A DNA stretch of 64,000 nucleotides from Candidatus Nanoarchaeia archaeon. Lineage in GTDB: Archaea; Nanobdellota; Nanobdellia; Woesearchaeales; UBA525. Made by a program: the position numbers and the translations under genes. Location: assembly GCA_028279755.1 (NCBI GenBank), contig JANQNB010000011.1, positions 4,501 to 68,500 on the forward strand, read 5' to 3'. Positions 38,869 through 49,134 of this stretch are shown here, one piece after another. Numbering within the stretch: the first letter of the stretch is position 1; each line of letters begins with the position of its first letter. The notes below the pieces were generated by a model. It was not told where the DNA came from. It made no database searches and saw only the letters and a list, made by a program, of their open reading frames with translations.

Positions 38869-39591
38869 TCACCCCTTGATCAATTTGCTCACTTGCGTGT
38901 TGGTGAGTTTTTCCATCACGCCTGTGCTCTTCCTGACGATGGCCGCGTCGATCCGCTCGAGGTTGAAATCCTTGCCGTCGATCGCCTTGCGCAATGCTTC
39001 GATGCAGATCTTCAGGCCCTGCTCGACTGTCAGGCTGTCCTTGTACTCCTTGTGCAGAATCTCCTCGATCTCAGTCTCGCCCTCGCCGATGACGACAGCC
39101 TTGTACTCGTAGAACAGCCCTGTCGGATCTGTCTGGAAGAGCTTGAGCCCGTGCTCGTCAGTGCCTGCTACCAGGAGGCTGACGCCGAAGGGGCGGAGTC
39201 CGCCGCTCTGGGTGCAGAACTGCTTGACATTGCACAGGTCCTTGACCACGCTGAGAATGTCGATCGGGCTGTCGTACGTGATGCGGTAGCCGGTCGCTTT
39301 CTCCTGGGCTCGCTCGACCAGGATGCGCGCATCGCTCAGGATGCCGGCGCCGGTCGCCATGATATGGTCGTCGACCTGCCAGATTTTCTCGATAGCCTCG
39401 GGAACGACGAGCTTGTCCACCAGGCGCTTGTCTGTCACGAGGATGACGCCGTCAGCGCACACCATTCCGATGGCAGTGTTGCCAAGCCGCACTGTCTTCT
39501 TCGCATACTCGACTTGCAAGAGCCTGCCGTCAGGACTGAACATGGTGATCGCACGATCATATCCCATCATTTGATGCTGCATTGGTTGCAT
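38869..39591 (-). CDS. psmA: Proteasome alpha subunit
   Basis: GYDRAITMFSPDGRLLQVEYA, RPFGVSLL. Confidence 0.97.
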   Translation of the reverse strand: MQPMQHQMMGYDRAITMFSPDGRLLQVEYAKKTVRLGNTAIGMVCADGVILVTDKRLVDKLVVPEAIEKIWQVDDHIMATGAGILSDARILVERAQEKATGYRITYDSPIDILSVVKDLCNVKQFCTQSGGLRPFGVSLLVAGTDEHGLKLFQTDPTGLFYEYKAVVIGEGETEIEEILHKEYKDSLTVEQGLKICIEALRKAIDGKDFNLERIDAAIVRKSTGVMEKLTNTQVSKLIKG

Positions 39592-39603
39592 TATTGATCC
39601 ACC

Positions 39604-39963
39604 TCATGTTGCTTTTTGGATGAGTGTCCGTTGTGCTGGCAGGAAGCGCTCTGTCTTCTTCAGGATGCCAGAGACGCCGCGCACGCGCGGGATGACCTGT
39701 TGCGAGCCGATCGTGGTGAGCAGGAGGAGCGCTGCTTTCACCTTGTCCACGCTCGCATGGCTCACCCGGAGGATGCCGCTCTGCGTCTTCTGGTCGTAGC
39801 GCACTGGCAGGATGCCTGCCTTTGCGCTGTCGAACAGGCCCAGACGCGCTCTCAGATGGTCCAGAACAGCCTGTTCAGGCGCTCTGCCAAGAGATTTCTG
39901 ACTCAGTAATTCATACACGATATATCGCTTCCGTTCTTTCAGTGTTGGTAACAGGGGTTTCAT
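39604..39963 (-). CDS. rnp2: Ribonuclease P protein component 2 (Pop5/Rpp14)
   Basis: LPTLKERKRYI, GILRV, VSGILKK; canonical position before psmA. Confidence 0.9.
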   Translation of the reverse strand: MKPLLPTLKERKRYIVYELLSQKSLGRAPEQAVLDHLRARLGLFDSAKAGILPVRYDQKTQSGILRVSHASVDKVKAALLLLTTIGSQQVIPRVRGVSGILKKTERFLPAQRTLIQKAT

Positions 39964-40103
39964 GGTGCAAGAAGCAAATGCCCCTCTCGCTTGTGTCTCT
40001 GTCGGAGTCGCGAGAAAGGAGATTCATTTAAAAAGCTTTTCTCTGTTTTCCGGGTCATAATACTTATAAAGGCCGCGTGCTTGGCTGCTCCTGGGTGGTG
40101 TTT

Positions 40104-40289
40104 GTGGCGACCAAGAAAAAGACCCCGAAATCGAAGGCAAAAGTTGAGATCTACGAAGCGAAGAAGCGTATCAAGAAAGGTGCGCGCGACACTGACAACT
40201 GGGTGCGGAAGCATCCCTGGGAGAGCGTGGGCATCGCAGCGCTTGCGGGAGCGGTGCTGGGCAAGCTCTTCTTCCGGAGGAAGAGGTGA
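40104..40289 (+). CDS. DUF883/ElaB-YqjD-like small membrane-anchored protein
   Basis: WVRKHPWESVGIAALAGAVLGKLFFRR C-terminus. Confidence 0.7.
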   Translation: MATKKKTPKSKAKVEIYEAKKRIKKGARDTDNWVRKHPWESVGIAALAGAVLGKLFFRRKR

Positions 40290-40294
40290 ATTCC

Positions 40295-40600
40295 ATGGCG
40301 AAATGGTGGAAAGAATTCTTAGCAAGCGTCGCACCTGTGGCTGGCGCTGCAGCCGGCACGTTCCGGGAAGCGGCGCGCGAAACAATGCGGGAAGCGCAGG
40401 AACGCGTGCGTGAAGTGACGCGCATGGTCATCAAAGCCATGGTCGTGTTCTTGATCGTGGCGCTTGGTTTCATCTACGTGCTGAACGGGCTTGCGAAGTA
40501 TCTTGAAGCTGCCAATGGCTGGGCGCCAGGCATGGGCACCATCGTTGTCGGCGGCGTCATGGTCGTGCTCGGCCTGTTCGCAGTCCTGATCAGGCGATGA
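40295..40600 (+). CDS. Two-TM protein, YqjE/phage-holin-like
   Basis: Helical N-terminus plus 2 TM segments; coupled to the DUF883-like gene. Confidence 0.6.
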   Translation: MAKWWKEFLASVAPVAGAAAGTFREAARETMREAQERVREVTRMVIKAMVVFLIVALGFIYVLNGLAKYLEAANGWAPGMGTIVVGGVMVVLGLFAVLIRR

Positions 40601-40902
40601 ATGTCATGAAGCTCGTGCGGGACAAGATCCCGCTGGATTTTCCAGACACGCCTGCAGACAGCTATCACACTGCGGATGACGAAGAGTTCTTCACTGCTTT
40701 GCTTGATAAGTTGAATGAGGAAACTGTCGAGTATGTCGCTGAGCGTTCCATGGACGAGCTTGCAGACATGCTCGAAGTCCTGCACGCGCTCGCAGCATTG
40801 GATGGCATCGATTGGAAAGAGCTCGAGCAGCGACGCATTGCGAAACGAGAAGAGAAAGGCGGTTTCGACAAACGGATTCTCTGGATTAAGAAGGAGAGTT
40901 AG
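40597..40902 (+). CDS. Nucleoside triphosphate pyrophosphohydrolase (MazG/PRA-PH-like)
   Basis: KLVRDKIP, KLNEE..E, ELADMLEV, KR.EKGGF. Confidence 0.88.
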   Translation: MNVMKLVRDKIPLDFPDTPADSYHTADDEEFFTALLDKLNEETVEYVAERSMDELADMLEVLHALAALDGIDWKELEQRRIAKREEKGGFDKRILWIKKES

Positions 40903-40908
40903 ATAGTA

Positions 40909-43452
40909 TTACTTCTTCAACTCTTCAATGTCTTTCATAAACCTTCTGAGTGTGTTCATCACGTGCTCTGGTTGGGTCTGCAGGCGGCGCGCGGCTTCGA
41001 CTAGCACGTCGCCGTCGAAAGATTCGAGCTTGGCAGTCTCTAAGGTTTTCCATGGGATGTCCTTGCCTTTCTTTGACAGCTTCTTGGCTTTTTTCCACAT
41101 GGTGAACACGCGCTCTGCTGCTGCAGGAACAAGCTTGTCGTCGTCAACGCCAAGGAATGCTTTCAGCTCGTCGAGCTTGTCAGCTTTCTCATGCGCGAGC
41201 TTCTCTGCAGCCAAGCCAGCAGTGAATTCGATGCGAACAATGCCGTCCTGCACTTTTGTCGAGCGCAGGATGCGGATATAACCTGCTTCGCTCGTCGTGT
41301 TCAGGTGCGTACCGCCGCAGGCTTCGGTGTCAAAGCCAGGAATGTCCACGACCCGAATCTCTTTGCCAGGAACCGCGCCGCCTTGATACAAGCGGAAACC
41401 GTGCTCTGCTTCCGCAAGGCTCTTCGCCTGCACCTGTTTCGTGAGTGGGATGTTCTTCTGCACCATGGCGTTCGCTTCCTGCTCGATCGCCTGCAATTCC
41501 TCGTCGGTGATCGTATCATAGTGCGTAATGTCGAGACGTCCTTTCTCTGTCGTCTTTGCCGCGCCTGCCTGCCAGACATGGTTGCCCAGCACTTTCTTCG
41601 CTGCACCGTTGATGATGTGCGCGGCAGTGTGATGCTGCGCCAACTGCATCCGGCGGTCGATGTCGATGTGGCCTTGCACGATCTCGCCTTTCTTCCACGC
41701 GACTTTCGAACCGAGCTTGTGGATGATCACACCATCCTGCTTGAACACATCTACCACTGGAATGTCATTCAGCGTGCCAGTGTCATGCTCCTGGCCGCCG
41801 CTTGTCGGATAGAAGGCGGTGCGTTCCAAGACGACCTTGTCGCTGTCGATGACCATCATGACCGGTGCGGTGAATTCGACATAATCCCACGAGTCGAAGT
41901 ACAGGATGCTCGTGTTCGGGATCCCGTTCAGGTCGAACTTGTGCTCTTTGGCTGTCTGCACCTTGTGATCCTTGCCTTCGTGCCGTTCAGCGATCAAGCC
42001 GTAAAAGTTCTCAGGGATGTCTATTGTGATCTTCTGTTTCTTGCCTTCCTCAGCAACATGTTCTGGCTGAATCCCTTGCTCGTCATAGAGCTTGAGCAAT
42101 TGCTCTTTGGAGACCTTGCCTTTTGTGAGGAGGTTCCGGATTATCTGCGAGGAACGCTTCTTGTTCTCGAGATACTTCTGCTTCTCCACTGCGAGAATCT
42201 TCTTCACGTCATCGATGTTCTCGAGCAATTCGGGAAACAAGGGCTTGAGATACTGCGCGTGCCATTCTGCCACAAGGCCCATGTCCACGTCCCACTCATA
42301 GCGCTCGATGAATCCCTGCGCACGACGATAGATCATGCGGAGGTTGTAGCCGCCGCCGACATTCGAGGGCAGGGCGCCGTCAGCGAGCGCAAATAAGAGC
42401 GAACGCGCGTGCTCGGCAATGGCGTAGATCGCGGTCATCGGCCCGATCTTCTCGCGCAATTCCTCGGCAGGAATGCCGACCTCTTGTGACACGCGCGCCC
42501 AGGCCTCGTTGATATCGTCGATCTCGTCGAGATTCAGGAACGCGGCATACGGGATGTATTTGTGCATGAGCTCTTCGTCATAACTCACTTTTGTCCGTTC
42601 TTTCAGTTCCTTGATCACTGTCGGGAAGGTCGCGTCGTAGATCGTCCCGCGACCTTGCGAGAACCAGGCGTTGCGCTCGTGGCCCATGCCCATGTCCAGC
42701 ACCTTGAGCTGCAGTTCGCGATAGCCATCAGGCGCGTCGTCATCCTGCTCGAACATCATGTAGACCTGATTCCCTAATTCCACGCCGCGGCTGAAGTATT
42801 CCATGCACGGGCCGAAATTGCCGCCCCCAGCCCAGGCATCCTCATGGAAGGTGATCTCCTCGTAGGGAAGGCCAAGCCCTTCGGTGAGCCAGTCGAAGAT
42901 GTCCTCGAACACCTTGTCCTGGTCCCATTCCTGCTCTGTCACGAACGCGTGCTGGCCGATCATGATGAAGCCGGTCATATGGCTCATAGTGACGCCGACG
43001 TTGTCGGTGTCGCCGAAGCGCAGGCAGAACTGTGGGATGACGAGCTGCTTTGCCGGTGCCTCGACCTCGCCGCTGACAACGTATGGCTGGAACGCGGCGA
43101 TGCTCGCGATGGTGAAATCCATCGTCGGGTTCCAGCGTGCAACGACCGGGTAGCGGGGCGTGACTGCATAGCCTTTCTTTTCGAACATGCGTGCGAACTC
43201 TTTCCAGGTGGTGATGTAATCCATTTCCTTCTTGCACGGATTATTGTCAAATAAGGTGAAGCCGCCAGCGCACGACGCGTCGCCGCATACTGTTTGATCC
43301 TTATTGACAGTCCAGAACCAAGTCTTGCACGTGCCGCACTGCTTGCGCGCGAATCCGCGCTGTTGCAGCACAGCGGTGGCATAGTATTTTTCAGGATCCT
43401 TGGACGCCTCGCCCTTGAACCACTTCTTCGTATCCTTGTCTGAACGCACCAT
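40909..43452 (-). CDS. alaS: Alanine--tRNA ligase, archaeal type
   Basis: YPVVARW, IASIAAFQP, W.GGGN.GP, editing domain HTAAH...CGGTH. Confidence 0.96.
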   Translation of the reverse strand: MVRSDKDTKKWFKGEASKDPEKYYATAVLQQRGFARKQCGTCKTWFWTVNKDQTVCGDASCAGGFTLFDNNPCKKEMDYITTWKEFARMFEKKGYAVTPRYPVVARWNPTMDFTIASIAAFQPYVVSGEVEAPAKQLVIPQFCLRFGDTDNVGVTMSHMTGFIMIGQHAFVTEQEWDQDKVFEDIFDWLTEGLGLPYEEITFHEDAWAGGGNFGPCMEYFSRGVELGNQVYMMFEQDDDAPDGYRELQLKVLDMGMGHERNAWFSQGRGTIYDATFPTVIKELKERTKVSYDEELMHKYIPYAAFLNLDEIDDINEAWARVSQEVGIPAEELREKIGPMTAIYAIAEHARSLLFALADGALPSNVGGGYNLRMIYRRAQGFIERYEWDVDMGLVAEWHAQYLKPLFPELLENIDDVKKILAVEKQKYLENKKRSSQIIRNLLTKGKVSKEQLLKLYDEQGIQPEHVAEEGKKQKITIDIPENFYGLIAERHEGKDHKVQTAKEHKFDLNGIPNTSILYFDSWDYVEFTAPVMMVIDSDKVVLERTAFYPTSGGQEHDTGTLNDIPVVDVFKQDGVIIHKLGSKVAWKKGEIVQGHIDIDRRMQLAQHHTAAHIINGAAKKVLGNHVWQAGAAKTTEKGRLDITHYDTITDEELQAIEQEANAMVQKNIPLTKQVQAKSLAEAEHGFRLYQGGAVPGKEIRVVDIPGFDTEACGGTHLNTTSEAGYIRILRSTKVQDGIVRIEFTAGLAAEKLAHEKADKLDELKAFLGVDDDKLVPAAAERVFTMWKKAKKLSKKGKDIPWKTLETAKLESFDGDVLVEAARRLQTQPEHVMNTLRRFMKDIEELKK

Positions 43453-43498
43453 ACTCGCCAGTGGCGCTCAGCGCTTAATAAAGATTCTTGTGCTGCGC

Positions 43499-44194
43499 TC
43501 AGCCCGTGACGATCGTGCCCTTGAATTCTTCGCCACAGAGCGCTTTGCGCACGTTCTTCATGTCTTCTGCAGAAAGGATGGCGACTTCCAGGCCTTGCTC
43601 TTGGCAGAGCTTTGCCGCGACCGGATCGAACGGCACGTGCAGGCCAGGGCTCCAGTCGTCGCCGATGATCGCGCGCAGCTCGCTCCAGTTCAATCGCTCA
43701 TGCGGTTTTGCTTCCGGATTCTTCTTCGGATCCTCAGTGAAAACCTGAGAGACATTGCTCAAATTGACGAAGCGTTTCGCGCCGATGCGCTCTGCGATGA
43801 CTGCCGCGTCGTAATCTGTGCTGAATCCCGGACGCCAGCCAGCGCCCACGATGATCTTGTGCTGTGCAGCCTTTGGCAATGGGTCATCGCGTGGATTTGT
43901 GATGATCCGCTGGTACGCATCGTCGCGGAAGATGGTGCGGAGCAGGTGCGCATTCAGCCGTGTCGAATGGATGCCGAGCCAGTCGAGATCATCAGCCGGC
44001 ACCTTGCACAGCGCGGCAGCTGCGCGTTGGTATTCCCGCGCGGTCGAGCCGCCGCCGGTGATCAAGACAAACCGATAGCCGTCTTCTACCAATTCATGGA
44101 TCAAGGCGGTGAGCTGGCGCAAGAACTCGGTGTCGACCCCGTCAGGGACGATCAGGCTGCCGCCCAGGCTTACTACAACCCACTGCGCATCCAT
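43499..44194 (-). CDS. pyrH: Uridylate kinase
   Basis: SLGGS, GGGSTAR.Y, PGFSTD, DPK. Confidence 0.93.
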   Translation of the reverse strand: MDAQWVVVSLGGSLIVPDGVDTEFLRQLTALIHELVEDGYRFVLITGGGSTAREYQRAAAALCKVPADDLDWLGIHSTRLNAHLLRTIFRDDAYQRIITNPRDDPLPKAAQHKIIVGAGWRPGFSTDYDAAVIAERIGAKRFVNLSNVSQVFTEDPKKNPEAKPHERLNWSELRAIIGDDWSPGLHVPFDPVAAKLCQEQGLEVAILSAEDMKNVRKALCGEEFKGTIVTG

Positions 44195-44246
44195 GCCCAG
44201 AGGCGCTGCGATAATATTTATAAACATGCTGCTTCTTCGACCCAGA

Positions 44247-44897
44247 ATGGCGAGAAGGGCGCGACGGGAGGAAAAGAAGCGGCAACGCTGGGGCCAGATA
44301 GCGATCGGGCTCTTGCTCGTGGTGCTCATGGTCGTGTCGGTCGCGCAAGTCGCGGTCAACCAAGACCCGGGCGGCTCGTACAAGTTTAACGACCAGAAAT
44401 TCAGCCTGCAGAACGACTTCTTCACAGCAAAGATCGATGGCGAGGTGAAAGCCTTCCGGTATGCGCCTGTCCAGGGCGACATGTCCAACATCCTGTTCCA
44501 GAACGCGTTCGGCGACTTTGTGAACATCACCGCAACGCCAACCATCAATCTTTTCCTGCAGCAATCGACATATCTGCTCACGTTCGATCCGAACATGCCG
44601 CGCGAGATGCTGCCACTGATGGACCAGATCCGCTTCGAGCTCAGCGACGAGTTCGGCACAGTCTACAACGGCGTCACCGAGAACAGCACTGACTATCCTG
44701 GCCTGCAAGTGATCGACTGCCAGGTCGGCACGTCGCAAGTGCCGGTGATCAAGCTGACCTTCTCCAACGCGACACGCCCGTTCACGAATATCACCCTCGA
44801 CGGAAGCTGCATCGCAGTGCTTGGCGATCCCCAAGGCTTGCTGGCTGCGCGCGACTACCTCGTCCTGGGCAGGGCAGGGGTGATCCCTGATGGCTGA
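44247..44897 (+). CDS. Membrane-anchored hypothetical protein
   Basis: Basic N-terminus plus TM, YKFNDQKF, IDC...PVI...SCI. Confidence 0.75.
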   Translation: MARRARREEKKRQRWGQIAIGLLLVVLMVVSVAQVAVNQDPGGSYKFNDQKFSLQNDFFTAKIDGEVKAFRYAPVQGDMSNILFQNAFGDFVNITATPTINLFLQQSTYLLTFDPNMPREMLPLMDQIRFELSDEFGTVYNGVTENSTDYPGLQVIDCQVGTSQVPVIKLTFSNATRPFTNITLDGSCIAVLGDPQGLLAARDYLVLGRAGVIPDG

Positions 44898-45546
44898 GCC
44901 TGCGCCAGACGCGACGAGCAAGCGATCGCTCCTCTTCGTGATCATCATCGCTGTCGTCATCGTCCTCGTCATTGTCGCGCCCCTGGCATATCGCGCATGG
45001 CAGTCGCGACAGCTCCTGACAGAGAACCGGTACAACGGTTTCGACTTTGTCGAGCAGCAGTTCGGTAACCTCACGCTCTGGACCACAGTGATCCAGGCGC
45101 GCGATCAGGCGTATACGATACCCTTCTATTTCCATCCGAGCGAAACCGAATCTGTCGTGATGCAACCGAACATCACCCAGCGATTACGACGGAACGATCT
45201 CCAACCTGAGGTGCTGTACATCTCCTTCCACCCTGATGCAGGCAGCGAAGCGGTCATCGCCGGCGTTGAGATCAGCAGGATCACCGGCTTCCGGTACAAC
45301 CTCCTGAACATCGAGACACACAGCGCACTGCACGAACCGGTCGGGAGTGCAGAAACCGTGATCATCACCTGCGAGGACGCCACTGCAAGCACTGGCGTGA
45401 TCTTCTTCGAAGAAGGCGATCACAGCTTGGTCACTGAAGACGCGCAGAACCCGTATTGCATCAGGCTCCAGTATAAGGATCCTGGCGATGCCAAGCGTGT
45501 CGCTGACCGCTTCATCTACGGAATCCTCCGCATCATGCCTGGATAG
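44890..45546 (+). CDS. Membrane-anchored hypothetical protein (paralog of the upstream gene)
   Basis: TM, YNGFDF, ITC...GVI...YCI...ADRFIY; overlaps the upstream stop. Confidence 0.75.
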   Translation: MAEPAPDATSKRSLLFVIIIAVVIVLVIVAPLAYRAWQSRQLLTENRYNGFDFVEQQFGNLTLWTTVIQARDQAYTIPFYFHPSETESVVMQPNITQRLRRNDLQPEVLYISFHPDAGSEAVIAGVEISRITGFRYNLLNIETHSALHEPVGSAETVIITCEDATASTGVIFFEEGDHSLVTEDAQNPYCIRLQYKDPGDAKRVADRFIYGILRIMPG

Positions 45547-45583
45547 GGAAAAGAATAAAAACCCTGGCCCCGGAAGCTTTCTC

Positions 45584-45877
45584 ATGCCGACTCGGAAACT
45601 CAATCAACAGCAATGGGAATTCGAGATCAAGCGCGCCATGCGGGTGAAGGATGCGCAGCAACGGCGCATGCGCAAAGCGAAATTCGCGTATTTTGAGCGG
45701 TATCTGAGCAAGTTCATGCCGCTTCCGATCATCCTCGGCCTGCTCGCGCTCTTCTTGCTTATCCATCTCTACGGCTGGCGCGAGTTCTTCAAGTTCTTCC
45801 TCAGCTGGATAGTTTCCTTGACGCTCGTGGCGACTGGCGCGTACTATCTCTGGAAATATTACGAACGACGGCTTTAA
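45584..45877 (+). CDS. Small two-TM membrane protein
   Basis: Two hydrophobic segments. Confidence 0.6.
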   Translation: MPTRKLNQQQWEFEIKRAMRVKDAQQRRMRKAKFAYFERYLSKFMPLPIILGLLALFLLIHLYGWREFFKFFLSWIVSLTLVATGAYYLWKYYERRL

Positions 45878-46866
45878 CGCTCAAAAAGAAATACCCTTTT
45901 ACCGTCCACAACCACCTTAATGGTTTCGCCAGGTGTATGACTTTTCGTCTTGGCGTTCGCTACCGGCACTGCCTGGAAGGTCTCAGGATGCAGCACTGTC
46001 AATTCCGGCATGACTGCAGCGACGCTTGTCTCGAGGACCGGAAGCTGCCGCCAGGTCGCTTTGTACTCATGCATCTCGTTCTTGCCACGCATGGGATTGA
46101 ACAACCGGATCTTCTTGCCGACGTCGGTGACGAACAGGACGTCCTTGCCCTTCTTCACGCAATCGCCCTTGTTGTATGGCGAGAGCTCGACAAACCATGT
46201 TTCCCTGTAGACGTCTTTCGAGCGTTGCTTGTCCCTGCCGAACAGGTGCGCGCTGCTCTTGACCAGGCCGCCATAGCGATCAACGAGCGTCCGCGCGGTC
46301 TTCTCCAAAGCGTTCTTCCTCGTGACGAAGTAATCAGTGCCTTGTTTCTGCTTCACCTCTTTCGAGACCGAGGCGCCGAACCGGTGCAGGGTGTCGAGCA
46401 TGAACTTCTTCCGGTCCTTGTCCTCATTCCGCAGCTGGAGCACGCCTTCGAAATACTGCGTCCCTTCTTTCGCGTGCCGCGGACTGATCGTATTCTGCAC
46501 CTCAAACGGAACGACATAGTGCTCGTCGTAGAACTTTGCGCTTTTCGACGCGCGGCCAGTGACGGTGACGTCGGCTTCGCCCGTAACCTTCAAACCGTCC
46601 TTCAACGGGATGTCAGGGAGCGCGATCCGCACCTCGGTGATGTCGGCATTGTTCGCTGTGACCACCTGCTGCGTGAACAGTTCTGCGAGTCTGCTTGTGT
46701 GATTCTCTGTGGGGTGCCACTTGCCGTGGAACTTGATCGCGCCGCTCTTGGTGCACACCGAAGCCTTGAACTCCTTGAAGCTCGTGATGAGCGGTTTCTC
46801 CTCTTTCAGGCAGTCGGCGCAGAACACGTCCACGACCTTCTTCGATCCGCATTTCGGACAAAACAT
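45874..46866 (-). CDS. NMD3 family ribosome export/maturation protein
   Basis: MFCPKCG...CADC, YFEGVLQLR, L.G.D....K.VYR.T. Confidence 0.88.
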   Translation of the reverse strand: MFCPKCGSKKVVDVFCADCLKEEKPLITSFKEFKASVCTKSGAIKFHGKWHPTENHTSRLAELFTQQVVTANNADITEVRIALPDIPLKDGLKVTGEADVTVTGRASKSAKFYDEHYVVPFEVQNTISPRHAKEGTQYFEGVLQLRNEDKDRKKFMLDTLHRFGASVSKEVKQKQGTDYFVTRKNALEKTARTLVDRYGGLVKSSAHLFGRDKQRSKDVYRETWFVELSPYNKGDCVKKGKDVLFVTDVGKKIRLFNPMRGKNEMHEYKATWRQLPVLETSVAAVMPELTVLHPETFQAVPVANAKTKSHTPGETIKVVVDGKRVFLFER

Positions 46867-46899
46867 GGAGTGGGAAGAACAGGATGGCCCTTAAAAAGT

Positions 46900-47802
46900 C
46901 TATGCATTCCCTTCGTTGATCGCGTTGATGAGCTCTTCGACGACTTTCTCCTTATCTTCGCGTGCGATGCTGCAGCCGCCTGCCGCTTTATGGCCGCCCC
47001 CGCCATAGGTTTGCATGAGCGCGCCGATGTCCACGCTGTTCGCGTCGTCGAAGATGTTCTCGCCGCACGAGATCTTCACCTTGTCCTTCTCGTACTTCAT
47101 GTTGTCGACAGTGAGATGCACGGCCTTGCCTGGATACATCAGGTAGAGCCAGAAGGGCTGGCCGCGCGGCAAATCCTCCGGTGCTTTGGTTCGATCGACA
47201 AAAATAACTGCGCCTTTGATCTCAACAAACTCTTTGATGCGTCGCCGCCAGTCCTCGTGCTGGCGCAGCTTCTCCTGGACGCGTGCCTTGATGATCGGCT
47301 GCTGGATCACCTGCTCTGGCGTCTGGAACGCGAGCATGTTCAGGAGAAAGTGGCGAAATTCATCGTCCTTGTACTTATTGTCGCCGCGGATCGCCATGCT
47401 CAATTTGCCGTAGACATCCGGATGCTCGAGATCCTCTTTCGTGAACGCAGCGCTGTCGATCTTGTCTGTCGCGTCGACAAGATCCGCAAACTTCTCGAGC
47501 TGCGGATACTCTGCCTTGTACTGCTCAAAGATCACACGGGCGCAGCTCTTCGCCGTTGTGTCGAGAATCCCTTTGTCTTTGTCAGCCTCGCTTGTCGCGT
47601 GGTGATCGATCCACAAGGCGCAGCCCTCGCCATAAGGCAGATCGACGATCACGTCGCCTGCACGAACAGGGAACTCTTTCTTCTGCAGCATCCACGGTTC
47701 CGCAAACACGACATGCTCGATGTCGAAAATGTCACGAACCAGGAGCGCGCTCACTACGCCGTCGAAATCAGTATGCGTGACGACACGCGTGTAGTCAGTC
47801 AT
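46900..47802 (-). CDS. DHH family phosphoesterase (NrnA/nanoRNase-like)
   Basis: HTDFDG, WIDHH, GGGGH.AAG. Confidence 0.88.
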   Translation of the reverse strand: MTDYTRVVTHTDFDGVVSALLVRDIFDIEHVVFAEPWMLQKKEFPVRAGDVIVDLPYGEGCALWIDHHATSEADKDKGILDTTAKSCARVIFEQYKAEYPQLEKFADLVDATDKIDSAAFTKEDLEHPDVYGKLSMAIRGDNKYKDDEFRHFLLNMLAFQTPEQVIQQPIIKARVQEKLRQHEDWRRRIKEFVEIKGAVIFVDRTKAPEDLPRGQPFWLYLMYPGKAVHLTVDNMKYEKDKVKISCGENIFDDANSVDIGALMQTYGGGGHKAAGGCSIAREDKEKVVEELINAINEGNA

Positions 47803-49132
47803 TCTTGATCAATGCGAGGAGTTCGTTCTGCTTCTCCTCTAACAGCTCAGCGGTGTCGGCTTCAATTCGCAAACGCACGAGCGGTTCGGTGTTTGATTTT
47901 CGTAAGGAGAACCACCAGGTGCCATAATCAATCCAGATGCCGTCGATATCCTGCGACTTCCCGTCCTTGTAGGCATCTCGTACTGTTTCGAAGATCTCAT
48001 CAGGATCAGTCACTGTCAGATTGATCTCTGGCGACTGGAAATACACCCGGTACTTGTCGATTAGCGTAGACAGTGCTTTCTTCTTCTTGCACATGATGGA
48101 CATTGCGAAGACTGCTGCAAACACGCCGTCATCCTGGAAATGATTCTCCTTGAACATGACGTGGCCAGAGAACTCACCACCCATCAGGCCGCCCTCGTGG
48201 ATCAAGACGTGCTTGTAGAATGGATTGCCAACGCGCATCCGTACAGGGACACCGCCAGCTTCCTTGATCGCATCTTCGATTGCTTTGGAGAAGCGCAGGT
48301 CGAAATAGACTTTCTCACCCTTGGCGTTCTGCAGCTCTTCTTCTGCGAACATTCCCAGCAAGAAGTCAGCAGTGACGATCTTTCCTTTCTCATCGACCAG
48401 GTAGGAGCGATCTGCATCTCCGTCGAAAAAGATTCCAACGTCAGCCTGCTCCTTCACTACTCGCTCTTGGAGATCTTTCAGGTTCTCAAGATCGTGCGGG
48501 TTTGCTGGATGATTCGGGAACTCGCCATCAGGTTGCTCGTACATGGGAATGTACTCGATATCCATTTGTTTGAACATAGGCTCTCCCGGAATCGAACCGA
48601 CACCATTACCATAATCGACAACGACCTTCAAACCAGTAACATTCTGGCCATGCGCGAGAACAGCATCAATGTACTCCTGCAAGACGTCAAGCTTCTTGAT
48701 GCTTCCTTTTGTCGATGCGTCGTCAAACGTACCTTTGTTGCAGAGCGCTTCAATCTCGTGCATACCGCTGTCTGGCGATAATTGTTCACAGGGTGCGATG
48801 ACAAGCTTGAATGCGTTGTACTTGCCAGGATTGTGAGAAGCAGAGATCATGATGCCACCGTCATACTTGTGGCGCGCTACCGTCGTACCCATCATCGGCG
48901 TTGCGACCATACCAATGTCGATGACATCAGCGCCTTGGTCGGTGATACCGCGCGCCAGTTCTTTGAACAGTGATTCGCCGCTTGCACGCATGTCCTTGCC
49001 GACGACAACGCTTTTCAGCTTGAACTGCTGGACGAACGCGCGTCCTACCTTGTACGCGATCTCTTCGTTGATCTCTGTCGGGTACACACCCCGGATATCA
49101 TACGCCTTGAAGATTCCTGCTATTCTCCTCAC
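47795..49132 (-). CDS. Phosphomannomutase/phosphoglucomutase
   Basis: FKAYDIRG, SASHNP, DGDADR, GEFSGH, RKSNTEP. Confidence 0.95.
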   Translation of the reverse strand: MRRIAGIFKAYDIRGVYPTEINEEIAYKVGRAFVQQFKLKSVVVGKDMRASGESLFKELARGITDQGADVIDIGMVATPMMGTTVARHKYDGGIMISASHNPGKYNAFKLVIAPCEQLSPDSGMHEIEALCNKGTFDDASTKGSIKKLDVLQEYIDAVLAHGQNVTGLKVVVDYGNGVGSIPGEPMFKQMDIEYIPMYEQPDGEFPNHPANPHDLENLKDLQERVVKEQADVGIFFDGDADRSYLVDEKGKIVTADFLLGMFAEEELQNAKGEKVYFDLRFSKAIEDAIKEAGGVPVRMRVGNPFYKHVLIHEGGLMGGEFSGHVMFKENHFQDDGVFAAVFAMSIMCKKKKALSTLIDKYRVYFQSPEINLTVTDPDEIFETVRDAYKDGKSQDIDGIWIDYGTWWFSLRKSNTEPLVRLRIEADTAELLEEKQNELLALIKND

Positions 49133-49134
49133 CT

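Noticed and set aside
45937..47808. Long antisense ORFs (623 aa here; also 20715-22166, 41191-42396, 15982-17172 and others)
   Set aside because: Shadow frames of GC-rich genes on the opposite strand, with no motifs
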